Source of the DNA: Chloroflexota bacterium
GTDB lineage: Bacteria; Chloroflexota; UBA5177
DNA: 64,000 nucleotides
NCBI GenBank assembly: GCA_036752825.1
Contig: DAIORV010000004.1
Span: forward strand, 2,580-66,579
Direction: 5' to 3'
The position numbers and the translations under genes are program-made. This document shows positions 47,087 through 56,635 of this stretch, one piece after another. The stretch's first letter is position 1. Every line of letters begins with the position of its first letter. The notes beneath the pieces were generated by a model. That model searched no databases and was not told the DNA's origin. It saw only the letters and a program-made list of their open reading frames with translations.

Positions 47087-47569
47087 CTATCCGGGTTGAC
47101 CGGACAACATTTCCCGAGCCACGGAATTCACTGTAGCTCCGTCGGCTTTTCCTTTGAGTAGACGCATAGAGCCGCTCATCACCTTGCCGATGTCGCCCGG
47201 TCCGGAAGCAGCTGTTTCTGCGATGACGCCCCTCACGACCTCTCTCACAGCTTCGACATCCATTTGCGCCGGCAGGTAGGCCTGCAGAACCGCCATTTCG
47301 GCTCGTTCCTGCTCGGCTCGATCACTATACCCTGCCTTTTCGTACTCGGTCGCCGCGTCCCGCCTCATTTTCACTTGATGTCGGATGACATCACCATACT
47401 CTTCTTCCGATAGTTGGCTTCGTTTGGCAATCTCCGCGTTCTTCGCGGCCGCTTTCAGAAGTCGTAGCGTTTGCAGGGTCGTCTGGTCCCTGCCCTTAAG
47501 AGCACGGACCAGGTCTGACTCGACGCGGGCCACCAGCGGGGTAGGGGTAGGGGTATTGGTCTCGGTCAT
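47087..47569 (-). CDS. GatB/YqeY-domain protein
   Basis: YqeY pattern LKAAAKNAEIAKRSQLSEEE...VLQAYLP. Confidence 0.7.
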   Translation of the reverse strand: MTETNTPTPTPLVARVESDLVRALKGRDQTTLQTLRLLKAAAKNAEIAKRSQLSEEEYGDVIRHQVKMRRDAATEYEKAGYSDRAEQERAEMAVLQAYLPAQMDVEAVREVVRGVIAETAASGPGDIGKVMSGSMRLLKGKADGATVNSVAREMLSGQPG

Positions 47570-47623
47570 TGGCGGTAGTGTCTCACGCTCACCGATGCTG
47601 CACCAAATGCCGCCTCCGATAGG

Positions 47624-48577
47624 ATGAAACAGGGGGTGTGGACAGTGCTTCAGATCGGGCTCATGATCGAGGGGCAGAACGGCTTGAACTGGCAGCGATG
47701 GCAGAAACTGCTGGCTCTTGCGGAGGAGCTAGGCTTCGCTTTCGTCTTCCGGTCGGATCATTTCACCAATGCCGCGCCTCCCGATCAAGACTCCCTGGAG
47801 CTCTGGACATCGCTGACCTATGCCGCGAGCCACACTCAACGCATTGAGTTCGGCTCGCTGGTCACGCCGGTAACTTTTCGGCACCCGTCCATCACCGCAC
47901 GCGCGGCTGCCGCAGTTGACGATCTGAGCAACGGACGGCTGGTCCTGGGTATCGGGGCCGGCTGGCAGGATCGCGAGCATCACAACTTCGGCATACCATT
48001 CCCGCCCAAAGCCGTCCGCTTCGAAATGCTGAGAGAGTACCTCGAGATCGTAACGCGACTACTTCGCAACAATGAGCCGGTCAAGTATCAGGGCAAGCAC
48101 TACGCGCTGGATGACGCAATACTCCTGCCGAGGCCTCGCCGCCCGGGAGGGCCATCAATCCTCGTTGGCGGCAACGGCAAGCAGCGCACGCTGCCGCTGG
48201 CGGCCCTGTACGCGGATGAGTGGAACGCAGTGTTCGCCGGGCCGGAAAAGCTTGAACAGCTGGAAAAGCATCTGGATCGTCTTCTCCACGAGGCCGGTCG
48301 AGCTCGCGAGGCGGTACGCCGATCCGTGATGATCGGCACCTTCCTGGCACGAAGTTCTAGAGCGCTTGAGGAGCGCCTCGAATCAAAGCAGACAACGGCG
48401 GAGCAATCTCTCGAGTCGGGAGTCCTCATCGGAACTGCCGATTCCTGGGCGGAGCAGCTGCAGCGATATGCATCGGTCGGGGTGCAGCGAATCATGCTTC
48501 AGTGGCTCGACCTGGACGATCTCGAAGGACTTCGTCTGGTGGGGCAGGAAGTACTCCCGGCCTTCGAAGCCGGGTAA
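47624..48577 (+). CDS. LLM-class (luciferase-like) flavin/F420-dependent oxidoreductase
   Basis: Bac_luciferase pattern LGFAFVFRSDHF...LGIGAGW. Confidence 0.8.
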   Translation: MKQGVWTVLQIGLMIEGQNGLNWQRWQKLLALAEELGFAFVFRSDHFTNAAPPDQDSLELWTSLTYAASHTQRIEFGSLVTPVTFRHPSITARAAAAVDDLSNGRLVLGIGAGWQDREHHNFGIPFPPKAVRFEMLREYLEIVTRLLRNNEPVKYQGKHYALDDAILLPRPRRPGGPSILVGGNGKQRTLPLAALYADEWNAVFAGPEKLEQLEKHLDRLLHEAGRAREAVRRSVMIGTFLARSSRALEERLESKQTTAEQSLESGVLIGTADSWAEQLQRYASVGVQRIMLQWLDLDDLEGLRLVGQEVLPAFEAG

Positions 48578-48740
48578 TTTTCGCGGCCCATCTGCACATT
48601 TCCCGGCGGTCGCCGGGTATACTTACGTGATCGTGCTAAGCGGGGAGCTAGCGGTGCCCTGTACCCGCAATCCGCTACAGCGGGGTTGAATTCCACGCTC
48701 GAGGCTCGTGCCATACGCATCTGCCGGAGCGCTCGACGTC

Positions 48741-48842
48741 GAAGGTCGAGTTCTACGCGGCGGAGCCCTGTGAACCTCGTCAGGTCCGGAAGGAAGCAGC
48801 GATAAGCGGTAAGCTCCGGGTGACGTAGAGTGGCTCTACCGG
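48741..48842 (+). ncRNA. ffs: Signal recognition particle RNA (small 4.5S type)
   Basis: Contains the universal domain IV motif GTCAGGTCCGGAAGGAAGCAGC (GGAA tetraloop). The flanks CGGAG/CTCCG and CTACG/CGTAG pair into a long hairpin. Confidence 0.75.
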
Positions 48843-48914
48843 AGCCGGGCGTTCTCGGTAAGGCGAGTGGTTTCGTTGTCGACAGTGTGGTGCACGATCA
48901 CCCTTGACGATTCC

Positions 48915-48951
48915 GGTGGCTGGGCGCAAGCCCAGCCACCTCTTCGTCATT
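48915..48951 (+). terminator. GNRA hairpin GGTGGCTGGGC-gcaa-GCCCAGCCACC + TCTTCGTCATT
   Basis: 11-bp stem; probable terminator of ffs. Confidence 0.5.
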
Positions 48952-49022
48952 ACGGTACGATTCTCCGACAACACAAGCCTGGTCTCTGGGGCAAAAATCT
49001 CTGCTGACGCCCAGACTATGAA

Positions 49023-49048
49023 AGAGACCCCTCCGAAGAGGGGTCTCT
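49023..49048 (-). terminator. Hairpin AGAGACCCCTC-cgaa-GAGGGGTCTCT downstream of the sugar-ABC ATPase gene
   Basis: 11-bp perfect stem about 20 nt past the minus-strand stop. The U-tract is weak. Confidence 0.45.
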
Positions 49049-49068
49049 CAGCCTAAGCCGGTGTCGAG

Positions 49069-50190
49069 CTAGGCTACGGCGCTCTTGCTGTGGCCGATCG
49101 CGTTTCCCGAAGCCTCGTCGAAGATGTGCAGATTGTCGGGGTCAAACACCACATCGGTGTGCTTCAACGGCTCGGCGTCGAAGTCTGCCGGGAATTCGGC
49201 GGTCAATGTGGCGCCATTCTTCGACAGATAGACATACTGATGGCTACCCATGTTTTCCACGACTTCGATTTCGGTGTCGATCTTGTTTGGCGCGGCACTT
49301 CCGTCTGCCAGTACAGCCGGGATGATGTGTTCCGGCCGAATACCGAGCACCACTTTTTCAGCATTCTGGCCTCGAGCCACTGAACTCAGGTTCTCCGGCA
49401 AGGTTACGGTCCAGCCGTCACCCTGCACGTTCATCGATCCGTTCGATTGCTGCAGGGTTCCGGGCAGGAGGTTCATGGATGGGCTGCCGATGAAGCCGGC
49501 GACGAAGGTGTTGGCCGGATAGTCGTACAGCGTGGTCGGCTTATCGGTTTGCTGCAGGAACCCGTCTTTCATCACGGCGATGCGATTACCCATGGTCATG
49601 GCTTCGGTCTGATCGTGAGTGACGTAGATCATGGTCGTCTTGAGTCGAAGGTGCAGCTTGCTGATCTCGGCTCGAGTCTGAACGCGCAGCTTGGCGTCGA
49701 GGTTGGAGAGTGGCTCGTCCATCAGGAAGACCGCGGGGTTGCGGACGATCGCCCGTCCGAGAGCAACGCGCTGACGCTGCCCGCCGGAGAGCGCCTTCGG
49801 CTTGCGATCGAGGAGCGGGGTAATACCCAGGATCTCGCCGGCCTCGGTCACGCGGCGTCGAATCTCTTGCTTTGGCGTCTTGCGAAGCTTCAAGCCGAAC
49901 GCCATGTTGTCGTAGACGTTCATGTGCGGGTACAACGCGTAGCTCTGGAACACCATGGCGATGTCTCTGTCTTTGGGCGAGAGATCGTTGACCACTCGCT
50001 CTCCGATACTTATGGTGCCCTCTGAAATGTCGTCGAGGCCCGCTACCATTCGAAGCGTTGTCGACTTGCCGCAACCCGATGGACCGACCAGCACGAGGAA
50101 TTCCTCGTCCTTGGCCTCCAGGCTTACATCATGTACCGCGACAACGTCTCCATAGCGCTTCCAGATGTGCTCCAGGGTAACTTTCGCCAT
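49069..50190 (-). CDS. Sugar ABC transporter ATP-binding protein (MalK/UgpC/MsiK type), orphan
   Basis: Walker A GPSGCGKST, LSGGQRQR, a C-terminal TOBE domain. No permease or SBP genes adjacent. Confidence 0.85.
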   Translation of the reverse strand: MAKVTLEHIWKRYGDVVAVHDVSLEAKDEEFLVLVGPSGCGKSTTLRMVAGLDDISEGTISIGERVVNDLSPKDRDIAMVFQSYALYPHMNVYDNMAFGLKLRKTPKQEIRRRVTEAGEILGITPLLDRKPKALSGGQRQRVALGRAIVRNPAVFLMDEPLSNLDAKLRVQTRAEISKLHLRLKTTMIYVTHDQTEAMTMGNRIAVMKDGFLQQTDKPTTLYDYPANTFVAGFIGSPSMNLLPGTLQQSNGSMNVQGDGWTVTLPENLSSVARGQNAEKVVLGIRPEHIIPAVLADGSAAPNKIDTEIEVVENMGSHQYVYLSKNGATLTAEFPADFDAEPLKHTDVVFDPDNLHIFDEASGNAIGHSKSAVA

Positions 50191-50333
50191 TTCTCACCCT
50201 CTCCTTCGCACGTGGCGTGAGCAAGCGGCGCTGGTGCTCTCAATGAACGCCGGCAACCGTTGGTACCCATTATGGTGGCACGCAATCTGCATGGCAAGGG
50301 GTAGCACCCGTTGGATCGGATGCGGAAGGACGA

Positions 50334-50573
50334 TTGGACATGAACGACATTGCCGGACTCAACCAGGGATTGACCGAAACGATGACCATCGAGAGCTCCA
50401 AGAAGCTCAAGCCAGAGCGCATTGAGGCGTCGCTGACGGCTCTTGACGGCGTACGCAGCGTCGACGTCGAGGGCACAACCGTAACGGTCAGCTACGATCC
50501 GACGATTGTGGATCAGAACGCGATCCGGGCAGCCATTGAGAAGGATGGCGCGGCTATCGTGACCAGCGGCTAG
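50334..50573 (+). CDS. HMA (heavy-metal-associated)-like fold protein lacking the CxxC metal site
   Basis: ERIEASLTALDGVRSVDVEGTTVTVSYDP...AIRAAIEKDGAAI matches the HMA beta-alpha-beta-beta-alpha-beta pattern, but the MxCxxC position reads ESSKKL. Confidence 0.45.
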   Translation: MDMNDIAGLNQGLTETMTIESSKKLKPERIEASLTALDGVRSVDVEGTTVTVSYDPTIVDQNAIRAAIEKDGAAIVTSG

Positions 50574-50653
50574 TCGCCGACCGGACACGACAACCCGCTC
50601 TTCTCGAACTGAGCGGCTTTCGGGCCAACTGCCGGGCAACCGCAGCTAGCTCT

Positions 50654-51775
50654 TCAGACCTCCAGCTGTCTGGGAAAGTCGGTTAGGTCCTGAAATCCCT
50701 CGTCTGTCACGACGACCAGATCCTCTAGCCGGATTCCACCGACCTCAGAGTCGTATAGTCCGGGTTCGACGGTGACGACGTCGCCTGGCCTGAGCTCCAC
50801 CTGCCGGGTGCCGATGCTCGGACTCTCGTGAATCTCGAGTCCGATGCCATGCCCCGTGCCGTGGATGAAGCGGGCACCCGGCCCCTCACCCTCGAACCCG
50901 GCCTCCGCGAAGACCTCGCGAACTGCCCCGTGTACCTCGCTGCCGTCGACGCCGGGACCAATTACGGCTAGTGCGGCATCCAACGCGCGCGCCGTCGCTT
51001 TGAACATCGCCTTAAGAGGTTCCGGCGCTGGCCCCTTCACCACCGTTCGCGTCATGTCGGCAAAGTAGCGCGTTCGCTTACTCCGTGGGAAGATGTCGAT
51101 TACGATCGCCTCGCCAGCTCGAAGCGGGCCACTTCCCAACCAGTGAGGATCGGCGGCGCCCGTGCCGCCCGCGACGATCGGGCCCTGGGACGTGTCCATT
51201 CCCTCCCACAGCAGCAGGGCTTCGATCTCTCCCTGGATCCGCTCGCTGGTGAGTGGAATGCCGTCGATATGAAGCATGCCGCCTTTTTCCTCGCTGCTGG
51301 AGATGAGCTCGATCGCGCGGGCCATTGCTTTCTGGGTTGCCGCTTGAGCCTGCTCGATTGCCGCGATCTCTGATGCGCTCTTGCGCCGCCGGTCTCCTAC
51401 AAGCAAGTACGGATCGATGCACAGCGCATGACCCTCCGCTCTCAGACCGTCGGCATAAAGCACCGGAAGCTGCCCTTCGACCACCACTCCGTCCGCGGAT
51501 AGAGCCTCCAGGACCCGGCTGAGTAAGATCGTGAACGCTTTGTTTCGATCGTTCGTCTCTCTCACCAGGTCGCGGTAGCCGAACTCGGCAAAAGAGCGAA
51601 CGTCATCGACGCTGGACTCTTTTTCGGCCCGGCCCTTTTCCATATCGTTGACGACCAGCATCGTTCGGCCGTCCCGCTCTGCGAACGCGAACGTGTCCTC
51701 TGCAAGAAATTTGGTCTTGTAGAACAGGTTGGCGTTCGACGCGCTGTCACCAACCAGAAGCAATACCTGGCTCAC
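50654..51775 (-). CDS. M24-family Xaa-Pro aminopeptidase/dipeptidase
   Basis: HGTGHGIGLEIHE, VEPGLY, GIRLED metal ligand pattern. GTG start with RBS AGGGGGA. Confidence 0.8.
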   Translation of the reverse strand: MSQVLLLVGDSASNANLFYKTKFLAEDTFAFAERDGRTMLVVNDMEKGRAEKESSVDDVRSFAEFGYRDLVRETNDRNKAFTILLSRVLEALSADGVVVEGQLPVLYADGLRAEGHALCIDPYLLVGDRRRKSASEIAAIEQAQAATQKAMARAIELISSSEEKGGMLHIDGIPLTSERIQGEIEALLLWEGMDTSQGPIVAGGTGAADPHWLGSGPLRAGEAIVIDIFPRSKRTRYFADMTRTVVKGPAPEPLKAMFKATARALDAALAVIGPGVDGSEVHGAVREVFAEAGFEGEGPGARFIHGTGHGIGLEIHESPSIGTRQVELRPGDVVTVEPGLYDSEVGGIRLEDLVVVTDEGFQDLTDFPRQLEV

Positions 51776-51824
51776 GAATCCCCCTGAAATCCGCTGTAGT
51801 ATACTCGCGCCGAAACGGAGAACC

Positions 51825-52643
51825 ATGGACGTTTTCATCAGCGCGGATGTCGAAGGCGTCGCCGGCATCGCAAGCTGGAGCCAGATCACTCCGGGCTCGG
51901 ATGACTATGCAGTGGGCCGGTCGCTGATGGTCGGCGAAGTCAACGCGGCGATCGAAGGCGCCTTTGACGCGGGCGCCGATCGCGTGGTCGTAAATGACTC
52001 GCACTCGCGAATGACCAACCTACCGCCAGAGCAGGTGGATGCTCGGGCGCGCCTCATATCGGGCCACTACAAGCCCATGTACATGCTGCAAGGCATCGAC
52101 GACAGCTTTGACGCGGCCTTTTTCATCGGCTACCACGGAGCCATTGGCGAACCCGAAGCCATCCTTTCGCATACTTACAACCCTCGGGCCATCTGGGAAG
52201 CCAAGATCGACGGCCGTGCCGTCGGCGAGGTCGGCATAAATCTCCTGGTCTGCGAGTACTTTGGTGTCCCGGTGCTCCTCGTCACCGGTGACCAGACGAC
52301 GGCCCTGGAGGCCCGAGAGCTCATTCCAGGCATTCACGTAGCCGAGGTGAAGCGCTCCTTTGGCCGCTACAGTGCCGAGAGCTTAAGTCCATCAGAGGCG
52401 AGAAAGATCATTCGCCGGGCAGCCGAGGAGAGTTTGCAGGGGCTTCCCAAGCCGCCCCTGCTTAGGCGAGCCGTAACTATGGAGGTCACCTTCTTGGTTG
52501 CCGACATGGCATCTATGTCGGAGTGGGTTCGAGGGGTGGAGCGTTCCGGACCGCGAACCGTATCGTTCCGGGCCGCTGACGGTCTGGAGGCGTATCAAAC
52601 CTTCTATGCGCTGTTGACACTGACGCGAAGCCTCGTCGAGTGA
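51825..52643 (+). CDS. D-aminopeptidase DppA (peptidase M55) family
   Basis: MDVFISADVEGVAGI...NDSHSRM; M55 pattern. Confidence 0.75.
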   Translation: MDVFISADVEGVAGIASWSQITPGSDDYAVGRSLMVGEVNAAIEGAFDAGADRVVVNDSHSRMTNLPPEQVDARARLISGHYKPMYMLQGIDDSFDAAFFIGYHGAIGEPEAILSHTYNPRAIWEAKIDGRAVGEVGINLLVCEYFGVPVLLVTGDQTTALEARELIPGIHVAEVKRSFGRYSAESLSPSEARKIIRRAAEESLQGLPKPPLLRRAVTMEVTFLVADMASMSEWVRGVERSGPRTVSFRAADGLEAYQTFYALLTLTRSLVE

Positions 52644-53152
52644 AGGCGCTGGGCATCGATCCCGGCCTTGTGGTCACCGGTTACGCGGTGCTGGAGCAGG
52701 AGTCGGGAAGCATACGACTGATCGAGGCCGGCACCATCGATGCCGGAAAAGCCAAGGATCCACTGCCCATTCGACTCCGCCGCCTGCACGAAGGCATCAA
52801 CGGTCTCCTGGACGATCACCAGCCCGAGGCTATGGCGCTCGAAACGCTTTTCTCTCACTACGACCACCCGCGCACCGCGATTCTGATGGGGCACGCGCGT
52901 GGTGTCATTTGTCTCGCGGCCGGCCTCCATGACGTTGCGCTGCATAATTACACCGCCACGCAGGTGAAAAGCGCGCTAACGGGCAATGGCCGTGCGAGTA
53001 AGGAACAGATCCAAAAAATGGTGAGGCGAACCTTCGCTCTCGTCGAGACTCCACGGCCACCGGACGTCGCGGACGCTGTTGCGATCTCTCTCTGCCACCT
53101 CTACCACCACGGCACTCGCTCGAACCAGGACTATCTCAGGCTGATCAAGTAG
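52640..53152 (+). CDS. ruvC: Holliday junction resolvase RuvC
   Basis: LGIDPGLVVTGYAV...catalytic D/E pattern. GTG start overlapping the dppA stop. No ruvAB downstream. Confidence 0.85.
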   Translation: MKALGIDPGLVVTGYAVLEQESGSIRLIEAGTIDAGKAKDPLPIRLRRLHEGINGLLDDHQPEAMALETLFSHYDHPRTAILMGHARGVICLAAGLHDVALHNYTATQVKSALTGNGRASKEQIQKMVRRTFALVETPRPPDVADAVAISLCHLYHHGTRSNQDYLRLIK

Positions 53153-53154
53153 CG

Positions 53155-53970
53155 ATGGCAAAGTCTGCCGAAGATCTGATTCGCGAGCTCGAAGCCGGAG
53201 GCGTGCTAGACCGGGGTTCCGCGCCCGCAAGAGCCGCCCCGCGTGCCATGCGGAGCTCGGGCGCAAGCACGCCAGGGACGAAGCCGTCGGCTCTTCTCTT
53301 CGTCGTTCTTGCGGCGGTTGTCATCGCCGTTCTGGGTTCCTTGCCGCTCGTATCCACTGGGCTGTACCCTTTCAGTCTCTTCGTCACGCTGGTTCATGAG
53401 ACGTGCCATGCCGTGGCCGCCGCCCTCACCGGAGGACGGGTAGACAGTCTCAAGGTATCGGGCGATCTCTCGGGCGTGACCATGATCGCCGGCGGGGCCC
53501 GGGCTTTGGTGGACTCTGCCGGCTACCTTGGGGCCGCCCTTGTCGGCGCCGCGCTATTGATTACGCCGCTTCGCTACGCCCGTTGGGCGATCGCCGCCCT
53601 CGCTGCCATCCCCTTCGCCGACCTGCTGCTTTTTCATCCGGCGACCCTTTTCACGGCCGTCTGGTGTGTCGTATTCCTGGCTGGACTCGGGCTGGCTGCC
53701 TGGAAGCTCCCCCTGCGGTTCATGCGCTTCCTGCAGATATTTCTTGGTGTTTCCTGCGGACTGAATGCATTTCGGGACCTCATGACACTGTTCTTTATCT
53801 CATCGAGTGGCGCCCACATCCATACCGACGCCGTAGCCATGTCCAACGTTGTTCCCTTGCCGGCTACCGTCTGGGCCGTGCTGTGGACTTTGCTGTCTCT
53901 GTTGCTGCTGGGTGGCGCCCTCTTCGGCATGGCGAAGCGCGATCTGAAGAACTGGCGCGGTGCCGCTTAG
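53155..53970 (+). CDS. M50B-like membrane metalloprotease
   Basis: HETCHAVAA within a TM helix; multi-TM. Confidence 0.6.
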   Translation: MAKSAEDLIRELEAGGVLDRGSAPARAAPRAMRSSGASTPGTKPSALLFVVLAAVVIAVLGSLPLVSTGLYPFSLFVTLVHETCHAVAAALTGGRVDSLKVSGDLSGVTMIAGGARALVDSAGYLGAALVGAALLITPLRYARWAIAALAAIPFADLLLFHPATLFTAVWCVVFLAGLGLAAWKLPLRFMRFLQIFLGVSCGLNAFRDLMTLFFISSSGAHIHTDAVAMSNVVPLPATVWAVLWTLLSLLLLGGALFGMAKRDLKNWRGAA

Positions 53971-54035
53971 CCGCGATCAGGCGGGTATATCGACTGAACA
54001 TAACGATCGGGTACACATGGTGATACGTTAGGCTG

Positions 54036-54983
54036 ATGTTCGATCTGGTCCAGCAGCGCTTACCCGACCTGATTACCGTTTTCCTTGGCATCTTCCTCGA
54101 GGCCACTCCCTTCCTGCTCGTTGGTGTTCTGGTCTCGAGCGTGCTCGAGATAGTTGTCTCAGAAGACCGACTCTTACGGTGGCTGCCGCGAAATGCCCTC
54201 GTGGGGCTGCTCGGCGGGGTAGCCGTAGGTGCGGCCGCGCCTCTCTGTGAATGTGGAACGGTGCCCATCGCCAGGAGCTGCGTATCAAAGGGCCTTCCGC
54301 TCCCGGCCGCAGTCGGTTTTCTCCTGGCCGCGCCGGTTATCAATCCGGTGACCGTCACCGCCACCTACACGGCCTTCCACAGCAATCTTCAGATCCTCGT
54401 TCTTCGCGTCACTCTTGGGATCGCGATCGCCCTGGCGGTTGGGGGCCTCTTCCTTCTATGGCCTCGGGACGAACCTGCACTGAGGGTCAGCCGAACCGGC
54501 GATCCGGCGGACTCGCATCACCGCCACGAGCACGACCATGGCTGCGACCAGAGTCGGGCGAAGCGCGTCTCGCTGCTTGCGAGACTCCTCGACCTACTTC
54601 ACCACTCGGCTTCGGAGCTTTCGTCCCTGGCCGTCTACCTGATCGGCGCCTGCCTCGTCGCGTCGCTCTTGCAGGTCTTCCTGCCGCGCACTCAGCTCCT
54701 CTCGATTGGGCAGGGGCCGCTGCTTTCGGTGCTGATCATGATGGCCGTCGCGGTGATACTTTCCACCTGCTCGTCGGTCGACGCGTTCGTGGCCCTGGCG
54801 TTTTCGACAACGTTTGCTCCTGGCGCTATTCTGGCCTTCTTGCTCATCAGTCCAGTCCTCAACCTCAAGAGCGGGGCGCTCGTCCTGGGCCTGTTCAGAC
54901 CGGGAGTGGCCATGCCGCTTCTGGCCACCTCAACTGCCGCGGTTCTGCTGGCCGCTCTTTCCATCAACTACCACCTGCTTTGA
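54036..54983 (+). CDS. Permease of the DUF318/ArsP_1 family
   Basis: 8 TM helices with CECGTVP and a conserved second half. Usually pairs with a TIGR03943 protein. Confidence 0.75.
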   Translation: MFDLVQQRLPDLITVFLGIFLEATPFLLVGVLVSSVLEIVVSEDRLLRWLPRNALVGLLGGVAVGAAAPLCECGTVPIARSCVSKGLPLPAAVGFLLAAPVINPVTVTATYTAFHSNLQILVLRVTLGIAIALAVGGLFLLWPRDEPALRVSRTGDPADSHHRHEHDHGCDQSRAKRVSLLARLLDLLHHSASELSSLAVYLIGACLVASLLQVFLPRTQLLSIGQGPLLSVLIMMAVAVILSTCSSVDAFVALAFSTTFAPGAILAFLLISPVLNLKSGALVLGLFRPGVAMPLLATSTAAVLLAALSINYHLL

Positions 54984-55036
54984 ACACGACGCTTTTTCGC
55001 CGGATCTGCACTGCCTCTCCTCCGCTGCTCTTTGCC

Positions 55037-55684
55037 GTGCTGGTGCTGAAACTTTGGCTCACCGGAACCATCGGTTATTACGTGAACGGAAGGACCATCT
55101 GGATAGTCCTGCTTGGTGGCTCTTTGGCAGCGACGATCGGTCTTGGCGCCCTGTGGCGATCTTCCGAAGAGAACGTTAACGCCTCATCCCTGTGGAAGCC
55201 TCTGATATTCGCCGTGCCGCTGGCGGTTGGACTGCTGGTTCCGGCCAGGCCACTCTCTGCAAGCAGCGGGCAGTCGTCCTCTCTTGGATCGCTTCAGCTT
55301 GCCTCGCACGTTGCGAGCGGTGGTGGGGGCGACCTGTTCGGATACTGGATGAATGCGCTGTCTGACCACCCGGAGCCTGGCTGGTGGACCGGCCGGCACG
55401 TTACCCTGGTCGGTTTCGTCGCCCACCAGACCGGCCTTCCTCCCCGCAGCTTCATCCTCGGGCGTTATCTGGTCACCTGCTGCGTGGTCGACGCCTCGCT
55501 GCTTGGGTTTCCGGTTCAGCTCGACAGGACTGTCCGCGCTCCCGATGAAGGTGCCTGGATACAGGTCAGCGGCGTGTTTGGCACCCGGTATTGGACTGAT
55601 CCCAGTGGCCAGCACTATCCGCTCATCAATCACGCGACGATTTCAGGCGTGAGCATTCCATCGACCCCCTACCTTTCGCCATGA
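55037..55684 (+). CDS. TIGR03943/DUF1980-family protein (YcgQ-like partner of the permease)
   Basis: Two N-terminal TM helices and a C-terminal domain with VTCCVVDA. Start is approximate (GTG). The listed 477-aa ORF is a frame-overlap artefact upstream of about 55037. Confidence 0.6.
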   Translation: MLVLKLWLTGTIGYYVNGRTIWIVLLGGSLAATIGLGALWRSSEENVNASSLWKPLIFAVPLAVGLLVPARPLSASSGQSSSLGSLQLASHVASGGGGDLFGYWMNALSDHPEPGWWTGRHVTLVGFVAHQTGLPPRSFILGRYLVTCCVVDASLLGFPVQLDRTVRAPDEGAWIQVSGVFGTRYWTDPSGQHYPLINHATISGVSIPSTPYLSP

Positions 55685-56457
55685 ACGCGAAGATCCGAAG
55701 CTTCAGACTCGGGGTCGCCGGATTTCTCACGCTCTGTCTGGCCGCTTCGGCCGTCATCGTGTTACGAGGAGACGGACCCCATCCCCGCGTGGTCGGGGTA
55801 CTTCCGGCGAATGGCGCACAGCACTTTCCCGGAGGGCCAATGCAGATCACCTTCAGTCAGCCGATGGACACGTCGAGCGTGGAGCGCAGCCTGCAGGTGA
55901 CTCCTGGCGCCGAAGGGCAAGGCGCATGGTACGGCAACACGCTGAACGTCCAGCCCCTGGGTGACTGGCGACCGAACGTTCTGTACCACGTGGCTCTCAC
56001 CGGAAAGGTCACCGACAATGAAGGCCGTCCGCTTCACACGCCGGTTCTTTTCTCCTTCAGGGTTCATCACATCACCCGTCTCAAGGCCTGCTTGGTGTCT
56101 GGAGTCCGCAACATCTGCGACGTCAGCCCCGGATATCACGCGCCCCTCACTCGCAGCCGGCTCCCGGTAGGCGACTTTGCCATGTCGACAGATGGAACCG
56201 AGATCGCCTACACCGAGTCCGAGGGGCGCAGGTCGATCTACCATCTCCATCTTGTCGACGTCACGACAGGGAAGACCGTGCAGCTCACTCGCGGAAACCG
56301 CTTCTCCGACGCCAAGCCGTATTGGGTCAAGGACGTCGACACCTTCTTCTCGTACCAGCGGCAGCCGATCGGGCGGATCAACGGAAAGCCGCACCTTGGC
56401 AATCCCCAGGTCTGGACCATCGCAACCACTGGGGCAATGAACACTCCGTCTGGCTAG
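55681..56457 (+). CDS. Secreted Big_5 (SbsA-Ig-like) domain protein with partial beta-propeller-like C-terminus
   Basis: Signal peptide, PANGAQHFPGGPMQITFSQPMDTSSVERSLQVTP. ATGA overlap with the preceding gene. Confidence 0.55.
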   Translation: MNAKIRSFRLGVAGFLTLCLAASAVIVLRGDGPHPRVVGVLPANGAQHFPGGPMQITFSQPMDTSSVERSLQVTPGAEGQGAWYGNTLNVQPLGDWRPNVLYHVALTGKVTDNEGRPLHTPVLFSFRVHHITRLKACLVSGVRNICDVSPGYHAPLTRSRLPVGDFAMSTDGTEIAYTESEGRRSIYHLHLVDVTTGKTVQLTRGNRFSDAKPYWVKDVDTFFSYQRQPIGRINGKPHLGNPQVWTIATTGAMNTPSG

Positions 56458-56635
56458 GACGGGTATGGGCATGAGAGTGACTTAGAAACAAGCCCCGGCG
56501 TCTACTTCGCTTGCGGTCGGCACGGGCTCTGGTGGCTGCGTCTTCCTCGTAGGGGCGAGCTGCGGTCGCGCGCGGTGGCAGCCGGGGATGCTCACCGAGT
56601 TCCAAATGCGCCCTCACAGATTTCGATCAAGAGCG

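Noticed and set aside
48780-48974. ORFs 48780-48974 (-) and 48366-48689 (+) in the LLM/ABC gap
   Set aside because: Both overlap the SRP RNA gene and its terminator hairpin.
54251-55036. First 260 codons of the 477-aa ORF 54251-55684
   Set aside because: This is an out-of-frame overlap with the DUF318 permease gene. Only the part after about 55037 (two TM helices plus the CC-motif domain) looks like a real protein, TIGR03943.
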